Source of the DNA: an uncultured Thermodesulfovibrio sp.
GTDB lineage: Bacteria; Nitrospirota; Thermodesulfovibrionia; Thermodesulfovibrionales; JdFR-85
Direction of reading: 5' to 3'
Assembly: GCA_964542175.1 (NCBI GenBank)
Contig: CAZITN010000001.1
Coordinates: 8,891-72,890 of the forward strand
Length of the DNA: 64,000 nucleotides
Positions 8,418 to 16,832 of this stretch are shown here, in pieces. The position numbers and the translations under genes are program-made. Numbering within the stretch: position 1 is the stretch's first letter; each line of letters begins with the position of its first letter. The notes below the pieces were generated by a model. It made no database searches. It saw only the letters and a list, made by a program, of their open reading frames with translations, and was not told where the DNA came from.

Positions 8418-9671
8418 CTAATCACTGATCGTATATACACCTGAATCGTCAAACCCCACACTGGCAAGAAGGCACTTGACTCTATATCCGGCTTTGAGAA
8501 GGATGTAATAGCCTATTTTTGCGCGTATGCCGCTTATGCAGTGGGTGATAATCTCCTTTTTCCTGTCAATCTCATCGAGCCTGAAAGGAAGCTGGTCCAG
8601 GGGAAAATTCACTGCCCCTGGAAAGTGCCCTTTCTCATACTCATCCTGGTCACGGACATCTATAATGAGGAGATTCCCCGGGTTGTCACCAAGATATTTC
8701 CTGAATCTCTCAAGAGGAACAGTATTACTCGCATAAATCCTCTTGTATTTTATCTCCGTGGAAATATCTCCCTTTTGTATTTCAAATCCATTGCTTGTGT
8801 ATGCCTTGATCCCTCCTTTGAGTATCATTGTATGTGGGTATCTCCAGAAGGCTATTGTGCTGGCGGCCTGGACTGCACGCAGATCATTATCATCGTTACC
8901 GTAAACGACGATGGTGGCCTCCTTGTATGTGGGGAACCTGTAACCTGCATACTCAACTATGCCTGCAGGAATATTTACGGCACCCGGGATAAAACCTCCT
9001 TTTGTCTCTTCTCTGTCACGGATGTCCACTATAACCACTGGATCACCCAACTGGATTTTCCTCTTCAATTCAACCGGTGATATTTCAAGAGGGTTTTTGC
9101 TCTCTACCCATCCCTTTATGCCTTCCTGATAAAAAAAGATGTTTTTGTCTGAGAACTTGTTGAGAAAGGATGTTTCTTCCTTGCTGTCACATCTTTCAGA
9201 ACTGCAGTAGAAGATAAAACCTTCACTGGTGCCTTTACCTGAGAACTCCTTGAAATGGACAGCTCCCGGTATATGGCCTTCCATGAACTTCTGTTCAGAC
9301 CTGATGTCTACGAGGAGGGTCCCCTTATCAAGTTCTTTCTTTAACTCATCATCTGACAATGGGGTTATGTTCTTTCTGTGGAATACAGGTCTTGCTGTTA
9401 TAAAATCTGCAAGAAAGATGACTTGATCCCTTCTGCCTTCGACAGTAATGAGCATGTCCCTTTCTATTGCTGTCTCATCTGTCAGGTTCAGAAACTTCGT
9501 CCCTTCCGAGTATGATACTATCTCCACCCCTTTGTCCGTTTTCAGGGCGAACATTCCGGCCCTTTTTGAATGCACATCTACCACGCCTGTTATTACTTCG
9601 GAAAAGGCAACGGCAAAGAGAAGAATGGTGAACAGGAATGTGAAAATAAAAGTTAATGCCTTATGCCTCAT
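8418..9671 (-). CDS. secreted multi-rhodanese-domain protein (three rhodanese repeats; last has catalytic CxxGxR loop)
   Basis: Signal peptide MRHKALTFIFTFLFTILLFAVAFS. Three repeats are marked by HIPGAVHF, FIPGAVNIP and HFPGAVNFP. The active loop is HCISGIRA in repeat 3. Confidence 0.8.
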   Translation of the reverse strand: MRHKALTFIFTFLFTILLFAVAFSEVITGVVDVHSKRAGMFALKTDKGVEIVSYSEGTKFLNLTDETAIERDMLITVEGRRDQVIFLADFITARPVFHRKNITPLSDDELKKELDKGTLLVDIRSEQKFMEGHIPGAVHFKEFSGKGTSEGFIFYCSSERCDSKEETSFLNKFSDKNIFFYQEGIKGWVESKNPLEISPVELKRKIQLGDPVVIVDIRDREETKGGFIPGAVNIPAGIVEYAGYRFPTYKEATIVVYGNDDNDLRAVQAASTIAFWRYPHTMILKGGIKAYTSNGFEIQKGDISTEIKYKRIYASNTVPLERFRKYLGDNPGNLLIIDVRDQDEYEKGHFPGAVNFPLDQLPFRLDEIDRKKEIITHCISGIRAKIGYYILLKAGYRVKCLLASVGFDDSGVYTISD

Positions 9672-9697
9672 TGTTTCTCCTGATAGAAAAAAGATAG

Positions 9698-9958
9698 TTA
9701 GGACCTGAGAGCTTCTCTTATCTCATTATCAGAAAAGCCGACTATTACCTTCTCTCCACCATTGATTACAAGGGTCGGAAATGTCTCTCTCGGGTTGAAA
9801 CGGCGGACCTCCTGAAGGAGTTTGTCCCTGGATTCCCGGTCAATCGTATCCAGGTCTATTGTCAGTGCTTCAACTCCGAGTTTCTGCAGCAGTTTCTTGG
9901 TCTTCTTGCACGCCGGGCAGGTGCTCAGGGCAAAAAGTACGATCTTTTTTTCACTCAT
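9698..9958 (-). CDS. glutaredoxin-like / NrdH-like thioredoxin-fold protein
   Basis: 86 aa. CPAC redox motif near the N-terminus (LSTCPACKKTKKLL) and a cis-Pro region TFPTLVING. Confidence 0.8.
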   Translation of the reverse strand: MSEKKIVLFALSTCPACKKTKKLLQKLGVEALTIDLDTIDRESRDKLLQEVRRFNPRETFPTLVINGGEKVIVGFSDNEIREALRS

Positions 9959-10022
9959 ATGATAAAGGTTCCTTTCGTGTCAGTGTTTCCGCTACTTGTC
10001 TTTTGTTACTTTATATTTTATC

Positions 10023-10592
10023 CTATCTAACGAGCCTTTTTCCTGCCTCATAAGCCTCACTGAGGGCGGTGGGATGCCCTTTGATGGCACCCTGGGCGTC
10101 AATCTCCTTGAAATAAAGGGTCTCGTGCTCAGGGACGTTTATCGTCCTGAAAAAGGCCGTAGCCGTGGCTCCGCCACAGTCGAATCCCACCTGTCTCTTC
10201 ATGCCGCCGACCATCAGGAGAAGCCCCTTCCTCCCGTAAGGACCGGGCTCTATGGGTTTTTTCAGAAGATACTTTTCACACCAGAAGGACTGGCATCTGT
10301 CGATAACCGTCTTTATCTGAGCGGAAAGGCTGAAAAAGAATATGGGAGAGGCGAGTATGACCCTGTCAGCATCACGGATAGCCTTGTAGATATCGTTCAT
10401 CTCATCATCTATGACACATTTCCCTGTCTCATCACAGCCGCCGCAGTTCAGACAGGGGGAGATATTCATGACTGATGGGCGGAAGAGGATCACCTTGTGA
10501 CCCCCTTCTGCAACAGCCCTGGTTGACTCGTTCAGGAGCAGTTCCGTATTCCCGGCCACTCTCGGACTTCCAAGTAATGCTACTACCTTCAT
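10023..10592 (-). CDS. iron-sulfur flavoprotein (Isf) / FMN reductase family, second paralog
   Basis: MKVVALLGSPRVAGNT and Cys cluster CLNCGGCDETGKC. Start set at ATG 10592 with AAGGAG 5 nt upstream; the track start is a GTG 2 codons earlier. Confidence 0.8.
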   Translation of the reverse strand: MKVVALLGSPRVAGNTELLLNESTRAVAEGGHKVILFRPSVMNISPCLNCGGCDETGKCVIDDEMNDIYKAIRDADRVILASPIFFFSLSAQIKTVIDRCQSFWCEKYLLKKPIEPGPYGRKGLLLMVGGMKRQVGFDCGGATATAFFRTINVPEHETLYFKEIDAQGAIKGHPTALSEAYEAGKRLVR

Positions 10593-10708
10593 TGTCACTC
10601 CTTGTCATATTAAAGGTGAACTCCCATTCGTGACAGTTCCACCAACATGAAAGAGATCTGCCGCCTTCAGGCGCCTGGCTGAGATATCATTCCAAAGGGA
10701 AAGATGAT

Positions 10709-11203
10709 CTAATCAATCCTGCTGAACATCTCCCTCTTTGCACCGCAGACCGGACAGGTTTCAGGTGCCTCACCCTCCACAGTATTGCCGCATACCTGGC
10801 AGACGTAGTAGTCAACATCCTCATTACTGCCCAGGTTTTCAAGGGCCTTCCTGTAGAGGTCTGCGTGGATTTTCTCCACCTCATTGGCAAAGTTGAAGCT
10901 CCTGAGGGCACCTTCATTACCCTCGGATTTTGCATCCTCGATCATCCGTGGATACATCTTCTGGAACTCATATGATTCGCCGTTGATCGCCTTCTCGAGG
11001 TTTTCCCTTGTGCTTTTGATTCCTCCCAGTTCCCTGAGATGGTTATGGGCATGGATGGTCTCTGCCTCTGCGGCTGCCCTGAAGAGTTTTGCCACCTGGG
11101 GGTAGCCCTCCTCATCGGCCTTCTTTGCAAAGGCAAGGTACTTCCTGTTTGCCTGTGATTCACCGGCAAAGGCATCCTGAAGATTCTTCTCTGTTTTGGA
11201 CAT
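10709..11203 (-). CDS. rbr: rubrerythrin
   Basis: Diiron four-helix-bundle ExxH motifs plus a C-terminal rubredoxin-like CQVCG...CPVCG. Confidence 0.93.
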   Translation of the reverse strand: MSKTEKNLQDAFAGESQANRKYLAFAKKADEEGYPQVAKLFRAAAEAETIHAHNHLRELGGIKSTRENLEKAINGESYEFQKMYPRMIEDAKSEGNEGALRSFNFANEVEKIHADLYRKALENLGSNEDVDYYVCQVCGNTVEGEAPETCPVCGAKREMFSRID

Positions 11204-11231
11204 GTTACACCTCCTGAAGAAAGATTGTTGT

Positions 11232-11354
11232 TGATATACAGGTATATTGGCTATTAGGTTGTTCAGCCTATTCTGTTTCCCTACACGCTATACGCTATCC
11301 GTTTCAGGCTTTTTTCTTAGCCTCAAACCTTAGCCTTAACCTTAACCTTAACCT
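11232..11354 (+). repeat. family-1 modular intergenic repeat, copy B (W1-W3-W5-W4; ends in tandem CTTAAC units)
   Basis: Words ggtatattggctattaggttgttcagcc, ccctacacgctatacgctatccg and cttagcctcaaaccttagccttaaccttaaccttaacc. Confidence 0.75.
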
Positions 11355-11357
11355 CAG

Positions 11358-11486
11358 TTATTCCTGCCCGATCAGTTCCATGGGCTGGCCGCAACAGACC
11401 AGTTCCCCCCCACCGGCCCTTGTTACCACTACTTCATTGCCACAGACATTACACCTGTACTTCTCGCCTTCCTTTTTTACCGGCAT
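11358..11486 (-). CDS. desulforedoxin (42 aa), not in ORF track
   Basis: SD GGAGGTG, then ATG. It translates to MPVKKEGEKYRCNVCGNEVVVTRAGGGELVCCGQPMELIGQE, with the Dx signature CxxC...CC. Confidence 0.85.
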   Translation of the reverse strand: MPVKKEGEKYRCNVCGNEVVVTRAGGGELVCCGQPMELIGQE

Positions 11487-11574
11487 CTGATTCACCTCCT
11501 TTTTTTGTATTCGGAATTGCCAGAGAACCTGTACCGGTATCTGGCAGTTAAAGAAATTCTTCCTCTGAAAAACG

Positions 11575-12030
11575 TCAGGTTTGTGACACAGTTACCTGGA
11601 CTGGCTCGCTTATCCAGGTCCCGTGAAGATTACAATGTTCAATCGCTTCAAGCCTTCCAGACTTTTTAAGTCTTATCCTGAATACCGCCTCGGATGGAGA
11701 CATTCCACCTATATAATGCTTTTCCTTTGCCACCTTCTGACCGTCTACAAGCAGTTGTATCTTTGTTATCCAGTGCTCAGGCGTAGAGGGATGCTCTTTC
11801 ATGAAGCCTACCCGGACTTTTATATCAAACCATTCATTTGCCTTTATCCCGGAAGGCACATCTACCTTTGGGACGTGTTTCTGCTCAAGAACGGTAGGGT
11901 TTGACCTATTAGTCAGCCTGTTCAGTTTCCCGGACCTTGATTTTCCACGTTCAGAAGCCGGCGTCCCTCCAGCAGTTAATATACCTGCCAATACCAGAGG
12001 AATTGTTTTCATAAAATCGCGTCTTTTCAT
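11575..12030 (-). CDS. Tat-signal superoxide reductase-like protein (desulfoferrodoxin ferrous-iron-binding domain)
   Basis: Twin-arginine leader MKRRDFMKTIPLVLAGILTAGG. SOR ligand motifs are EQKHVP, HPSTPEHWI and HCNLHGTW. Confidence 0.8.
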   Translation of the reverse strand: MKRRDFMKTIPLVLAGILTAGGTPASERGKSRSGKLNRLTNRSNPTVLEQKHVPKVDVPSGIKANEWFDIKVRVGFMKEHPSTPEHWITKIQLLVDGQKVAKEKHYIGGMSPSEAVFRIRLKKSGRLEAIEHCNLHGTWISEPVQVTVSQT

Positions 12031-12782
12031 AATTGACCTCTTTTCTTTTTTGGCAAGCCAATGGTTGCCAGATAGACTGCTGTTTCTTCTTTCCCATCCA
12101 CTCCTATAATATCATTTACCCAATCATCAAAAAAAGCACCAATAGCACAGCAGCCAAGTCCTGCTGACTCTGCTCCCAGGTAAAGGTTCTGGCATATATG
12201 CCCTGCATCGAGATAAATATACCTGTAAGACCTCTGTCCGTACTTCCATCGGGACCTTTGAATTACCGCGGTCCAGATAAATGTTACCATGCTTCTGGCG
12301 ACCATAGACTGACTTAAAGCAGCCATTGCGAGATCATCTGAAAAATTCCCCCTTCGCAAGAGTTCAAGATCAAAGTTGCCTACCCGGAAATGATATATTC
12401 CCTGTTGCAGTGACTCAACCGATCTGACCATCAAATAGGTTTCTATTGGATAAAGTGCACCTGCTGAAGGTGCTGTCCTGAAAAGTGTATCTCCGTATCT
12501 GCCCGTTACTCCCTGGGTTGACCAGAGCAGGAATCCCATGTCTTCAAGAGACAGGATTGCATCAGGATCATAGGAGCGCCTGGAGCGGCGATTCAGCAGT
12601 GCATCCGAAAGGGTGTCTTCATATTTAGCGAGGTCCACCCGGGGCAAGCTGAACACTGACTCAGGGGACCTGTATGTCTTGAACTGCTCAGGCCGGTTCT
12701 CCCAGTCAAGGGAGTGTCCTCCCATCCTTTCAGGGTCATATTTGGTCTCTTCCTGGAATCTGTCGCCGATATTGTCAGCCAT
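12027..12782 (-). CDS. SagB-type dehydrogenase / nitroreductase family protein
   Basis: 251 aa. It has the typical N-terminus DRFQEETKY...W..RP..FKTY and a nitroreductase-fold C-terminus (YLDAGH, CAIGAF). Confidence 0.75.
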   Translation of the reverse strand: MADNIGDRFQEETKYDPERMGGHSLDWENRPEQFKTYRSPESVFSLPRVDLAKYEDTLSDALLNRRSRRSYDPDAILSLEDMGFLLWSTQGVTGRYGDTLFRTAPSAGALYPIETYLMVRSVESLQQGIYHFRVGNFDLELLRRGNFSDDLAMAALSQSMVARSMVTFIWTAVIQRSRWKYGQRSYRYIYLDAGHICQNLYLGAESAGLGCCAIGAFFDDWVNDIIGVDGKEETAVYLATIGLPKKKRGQL

Positions 12783-12836
12783 TGGTCATTCTTGAAAGAG
12801 GGGACAGGTGCAGCCTGCTGCACCTGTCCCTGCTGT

Positions 12837-13454
12837 CTACTGCAATGCCTCGTAAACCTTGCCTACGAGATCAGCCGATGGTTTCAGTGTCTTGTCTCCC
12901 TCATCGTTCCACTGGGCAGGGCAACCCTCGTCAGCATGCTTTGAGAGGTGAAGGTTCGCCTTGAACTTTCTCATGAGTTCGTCAATATTCCGGCCCATGT
13001 TATAATAATTGACTTCAGAGTTCATAATCGTGCCTTCAGGGCTTATTATGAAGGTGCCCCTCAATGCAAGGCCTGTCTCTTCGTCATATACCCCGAACAT
13101 GCTGGAAACATTCCCGGTAGGGTCGGCTCCCATGGGATACTTGACCTTCTCGAGAAGTTTCTCCTCCCTCTGCCACGCAAGATGAACGAACTGCGTGTCG
13201 GTGCTGACAGTGACCACCTCGGCTCCCATTTTCTTGAAACGGTCATACTGCTCTGCCAGAGCAGCAAATTCCGTTGCTCAGACAAAGGTAAAATCTGCCG
13301 GATAGAAGAAGAGTATTGTCCACTTACCGGCCTTTTTTGCCTTCTTCAGAGAGAACTTGCCAAAATCTCCCTTGGTTGGCTCATAGGTGTCCAGTTCAAA
13401 GTCCGGAACCTTCTGTCCAACCCTCAGCCCGCAACAGATCTCTTCATAGTTCAT
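12837..13454 (-). CDS. 2-Cys peroxiredoxin (AhpC/Prx1 type) with in-frame UGA at the peroxidatic position; putative selenoprotein (205 aa)
   Basis: ATG 13454 has an SD GGAGGAAG. The N-terminus ends ...WTILFFYPADFTFV-TGA(13278-13280)-ATEFAALAEQYDRFKKMGAEV, in frame with track ORF 12837..13229. The resolving-Cys motif EGCPAQW is present. Confidence 0.75.
13246..13266 (-). promoter_or_regulatory. candidate bacterial SECIS hairpin for the Prx UGA
   Basis: The mRNA reads UGCUGCUCU-GGC-AGAGCAGUA (7 WC pairs, plus G-U and U-A). It starts 11 nt after the UGA and has a G-containing apical loop. Confidence 0.55.
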
Positions 13455-13525
13455 GACAGTCTTCCTCCTTTAGAATGTTTTGGCTCATCCTTACGGATGA
13501 AATTCACAGGCACAACAGGCGCAGT

Positions 13526-13900
13526 TCATTCAGTCACCGTAATCTCCTTGCTTGCCTCCCAAGTGCCGTGAAGATTGCACCTTTCAAGCACCCTCAGTGT
13601 AGATGTTCTATGCTTACCACCTTTGACAAGAGTAATAGTCACTTCAGGCTGTGCAAATACAGGAGTGAGGTCAATCCTTGCATAAAGGTTCTGGCCGGAG
13701 TAAAGTTCGATCCACTGGATATGGTGTCCCTCTTCATTGGGATGGGGAATCTCTCCCACTTTGATCTTGACCTGAAAGGGCTCGCCTGCCTTTACAGTGT
13801 CTGGGCACTCAATAACAGGTGTGTGCTTCTGTTCAAGCGCTGTCTTGTTTGCCGGGTCTGCTGCCCTGTTGATTCCACAAAATAAACTCTTCTCTGACAT
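13526..13900 (-). CDS. 1Fe superoxide reductase (neelaredoxin-type SOR)
   Basis: 124 aa. Motifs EQKHTPVIE, HPNEEGHHIQWIEL and CNLHGTW. There is no N-terminal Dx domain. SD is AAGGAGGTG. Confidence 0.88.
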   Translation of the reverse strand: MSEKSLFCGINRAADPANKTALEQKHTPVIECPDTVKAGEPFQVKIKVGEIPHPNEEGHHIQWIELYSGQNLYARIDLTPVFAQPEVTITLVKGGKHRTSTLRVLERCNLHGTWEASKEITVTE

Positions 13901-14046
13901 CTTTACACCTCCTTGATTCAGTAGTTATTAAATTTGGCTGTTTAAGATATTCTCCGCTTCACCAGTTTAGCATTTCAACCATTATCCAATCGCCTTTTGC
14001 CTGCCGCCTGCTTTTAGATATTCCTGTTGAGTCATTGTTTTCAAGA

Positions 14047-14526
14047 CTACCCAATCCTCTCGAATTCAGCCTTGGACGCATTGCACACAGGGCACTTCCA
14101 GTCATCAGGTAATTCATTAAAAGGAGTGCCTTCAGCATCTTCCTTGTAGAGCCATTTACACATTGCACACCGCCAGAGAATCCCATCTTCCCGGTCTCCC
14201 TCTTTTTCAACCACCTCCCATCCTTTTTTCTCCCACTCTTCGACCGGAGGAGGGAGATAGCCTGAATATATCTCTTTGTCCCTTGCATCTTCAACCTTCA
14301 CAACTACTGTTATCCCATCTTTCTTAACAGTGTATCCCCAGTCAAAATTATCCTCTGTATCAGGTGCGGTCAGTTTTGCAGAAAACTCTATAGTATCTCC
14401 CTTTCTTTTCACCTTTGACCAGGAATAACAACACTTAGCAACGGATGTGCATCCACACTTTCCCTTTTTCAACTCAAGCCCGTCAATACTGAACCCACCG
14501 GGTATCTTCTCTACCTTTACTCCCAC
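14047..14526 (-). CDS. fusion protein: unknown ~115-aa N-terminal domain + C-terminal rubredoxin domain
   Basis: The C-terminus WRCAMCKWLYKEDAEGTPFNELPDDWKCPVCNASKAEFE is a rubredoxin. The N-terminal domain, including CGCTSVAKCC, is not recognised. Start set at GTG 14526 with GGAGGA 4 nt upstream. Confidence 0.7.
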   Translation of the reverse strand: MGVKVEKIPGGFSIDGLELKKGKCGCTSVAKCCYSWSKVKRKGDTIEFSAKLTAPDTEDNFDWGYTVKKDGITVVVKVEDARDKEIYSGYLPPPVEEWEKKGWEVVEKEGDREDGILWRCAMCKWLYKEDAEGTPFNELPDDWKCPVCNASKAEFERIG

Positions 14527-14617
14527 ATGGTCCTCCAAAATCGGATAAAACAAGTCTTAAAATCCCGGATTAAAGAGGCCAGGATGAACCTGACCTTCTT
14601 TCAGTCCTTACCCCATA

Positions 14618-14749
14618 CTAAGCCGGCTCAAAGGCATCTTTGGGGGCATTACAAACAGGGCACGTCCAGTCATCAGGCAACTGGTCAAAGGAAGTCCCTT
14701 CCTTCTCTTCATCATAGACATAACCGCAGACCGTGCATCTGTACGACAT
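14618..14749 (-). CDS. rubredoxin (43 aa), not in ORF track
   Basis: SD GGAGGTG. It translates to [43 protein letters not shown]. It lies directly downstream of the flavodiiron gene. Confidence 0.88.
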   Translation of the reverse strand: MSYRCTVCGYVYDEEKEGTSFDQLPDDWTCPVCNAPKDAFEPA

Positions 14750-14761
14750 CAAAACACCTCC

Positions 14762-15979
14762 TTAATTAAAATTTTCATGATACTCCTTGACAGCCCTGGC
14801 AAACTCTCTTCCGAAGTCATAGCACTTTTTCTCATCCTCATCAGAAGGGCGGTACTGGATCTGTATGCCAGGCTCCATCACATCCAGTTTCATATTCTGA
14901 AATTCATTGTAAAGCCACTTGACTGCGCCTCCACCCCAGCCGTAACTACCGAAGGCACCGGCTATCCTGTTTGTAGGCCTGAGCCCCCGAAGGTGTGTCA
15001 TGAATTCAGCCACCGAGGGGAAGACCTCGTTGTTGAGGGTAGGGGAGCCTACGAGGATTCCCCTTGACTTCCAGAACTCCTTGATGGCAACACTCATAGG
15101 GGTCGCCCTCAACTTGATCACCTTGCAGTCCACCCCCTCGTCCTTGATCCCCTGCATTATTGGTTGTGTCATTATTTCGGTGCTGTGCCACATTGTATCG
15201 TAGATGATCGCCACCCTGAGGCTTGCCTTGCCATCTGCCATTTCAAGATACATCTCAACGGGTCTCATGGGTTCCTTCCGCCAGATTATCCCGTGATCAG
15301 GGGCTATCATGTCTATCTCTAGGCCAAGCTCCTGGATCTGCTTTATCTTGCTCTTGATAAGCCTCCCGAAGGGCATCAGTATGTTTGCATAATAGTCAAT
15401 CACGGAATCTTCAAGTTCTGCATGGGAAGCACATTCGATAAATTCATCATCAAACCGTGCAGTAGTTGCCAGATGTTGGCCAAAGGCATCTTGGGATATG
15501 AGCAGCCTGGCCTCTTTCACATAGGTCATCATGCTGTCCGGCCAGTGGAGCATGGGTGTCTCGATAAACTGGAGTGTATACCTGCCGATAGTGAGTTCAT
15601 CGCCAGTCCTGACCACCTTGATGTTCCACCTTGAAATATCAAAAAACCTCTCCATCCCCTGCTTCCCCCGTGCAGTGGTATAAATGGTTGCCTGGGGCAT
15701 CAAGTCCATGAAGATACCGAGTGCCCCCATGTGGTCGTTTTCCACATGATTCACTATCAAGTTTTTTATCCTTGAAAAGTCCACGAGGCTTTTCACATTG
15801 GCCAGTCCGATCTCCGCAAAGTCGTGTTTTACAGTGTCAACAAGAGTGATCTCATCGTCGAGTATAAGATAGTTGTTATAGGTCGTTCCATGGGGAGTGA
15901 CATACCCGTGGAAATCCCTTACAGCCCAGTCAATCGCTCCAACCCAGTAGATACCGTCTTTGATTTCAATAGCCTTCAT
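14762..15979 (-). CDS. flavodiiron protein (FprA / rubredoxin:oxygen oxidoreductase type)
   Basis: Metallo-beta-lactamase-like N-domain with HVENDH, and a flavodoxin-like C-domain. SD is GGAGGT. Confidence 0.92.
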   Translation of the reverse strand: MKAIEIKDGIYWVGAIDWAVRDFHGYVTPHGTTYNNYLILDDEITLVDTVKHDFAEIGLANVKSLVDFSRIKNLIVNHVENDHMGALGIFMDLMPQATIYTTARGKQGMERFFDISRWNIKVVRTGDELTIGRYTLQFIETPMLHWPDSMMTYVKEARLLISQDAFGQHLATTARFDDEFIECASHAELEDSVIDYYANILMPFGRLIKSKIKQIQELGLEIDMIAPDHGIIWRKEPMRPVEMYLEMADGKASLRVAIIYDTMWHSTEIMTQPIMQGIKDEGVDCKVIKLRATPMSVAIKEFWKSRGILVGSPTLNNEVFPSVAEFMTHLRGLRPTNRIAGAFGSYGWGGGAVKWLYNEFQNMKLDVMEPGIQIQYRPSDEDEKKCYDFGREFARAVKEYHENFN

Positions 15980-16100
15980 TCAATAACCTCCATGCGAAGA
16001 ATTCTGAATCCTTATGTTCCGGGGCTAATCTCAGAATGCCGGACAATCCTGGCTTCCGCCCGGCAGCGTAATCCCCACCTCTGACCCTCTTACTGTATTC

Positions 16101-16592
16101 TCAGCCCTCCACTATGCTCAACTCTTCCCACATGAACCAGTTGCCGGTATCCTCAAGAAAACTGTAGGTGTTGTTCAGCAACTGATAGTGCCTCTCCTCC
16201 TCTTTGATGAGCACCTCGAAGAGCCTTTTCTCCTTTTCATCTACAGCCGCCGCAAGAGCCTCCTCGTAAAAATGAAACCCCTTCTTTTCCATCTCAAGGG
16301 CGAGCCGTAGAGCCTCTTTCTCATCTGATCTTGCCTCTATACGGCTCATCATCTGGTCCTTCAGATCTGAAAAGACTGTCCTTACATCACCGATACACTG
16401 GACATGAGGATCTATCTCAAGACCCTTCAGTATCTCCTCAAGCAGTCTCAGGTGCCGTGCCTCATCCCTTATCAGGCTCTCGAACATCTTCCTGCCCATA
16501 GGGTGGGAGGTCCTTGAAGCTGCCTCTTTATAAAATTTCATTGCATCCGTTTCCATCTTCATCGCTGATTCCACTGCCTTTGAGACTGCCAT
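16101..16592 (-). CDS. ferritin-like diiron protein (rubrerythrin family, no rubredoxin domain)
   Basis: Two ExxH pairs (EARHLRLLEE, EERHYQLL). SD is GAGGAGGT. Confidence 0.75.
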   Translation of the reverse strand: MAVSKAVESAMKMETDAMKFYKEAASRTSHPMGRKMFESLIRDEARHLRLLEEILKGLEIDPHVQCIGDVRTVFSDLKDQMMSRIEARSDEKEALRLALEMEKKGFHFYEEALAAAVDEKEKRLFEVLIKEEERHYQLLNNTYSFLEDTGNWFMWEELSIVEG

Positions 16593-16655
16593 GCTGACCT
16601 CCTCTTTGATTTATGCCGGTGTTTGTGAAATCCCGTCAGGCCGGCCTGTTACTGT

Positions 16656-16832
16656 TCAGTTTATGTATTTTTCATGATTGTAGACAACGTATCCGCAAAG
16701 CTTGCATCGAGTCTGATCTTCATCACTCCATATCTCGATTTCCACTCCGCACTGGGGGCATGTAAGCTCCGTCGGAAAGGGCACACTCCTGGCAGAACAC
16801 GCCGGTTTGTCATTAAACTCTCTGCCCTTCAT
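16656..16832 (-). CDS. small zinc-ribbon protein (58 aa), not in ORF track
   Basis: SD GGATGGAGGAAGG. It translates to MKGREFNDKPACSARSVPFPTELTCPQCGVEIEIWSDEDQTRCKLCGYVVYNHEKYIN. The start overlaps the stop of the upstream 150-aa gene. Confidence 0.55.
   Translation of the reverse strand: MKGREFNDKPACSARSVPFPTELTCPQCGVEIEIWSDEDQTRCKLCGYVVYNHEKYIN

Noticed and set aside
11318-11354. CTTAACC/CTTAGCC tandem runs and other short repeats, considered as a possible CRISPR array
   Set aside because: The units are 6-7 nt with no spacers, and no cas genes are present. They are modules of the family-1 intergenic repeat.
13278-13280. The in-frame TGA in the peroxiredoxin could mark a pseudogene or a sequencing error
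   Set aside because: The stop falls exactly on the peroxidatic Cys codon. The rest of the gene is intact, with a good SD and a conserved C-terminus, and a stable hairpin sits at SECIS distance. A random nonsense mutation would not be expected to show all three. This remains unproven without the sel genes.
12948-13571. 207-aa plus-strand ORF, with 13061..13285 on the minus strand in another frame, overlapping the peroxiredoxin locus
   Set aside because: Both are shadow ORFs of the Prx gene. They have no SD and no recognisable motifs. The Prx frame explains the region completely once the TGA is read as Sec.
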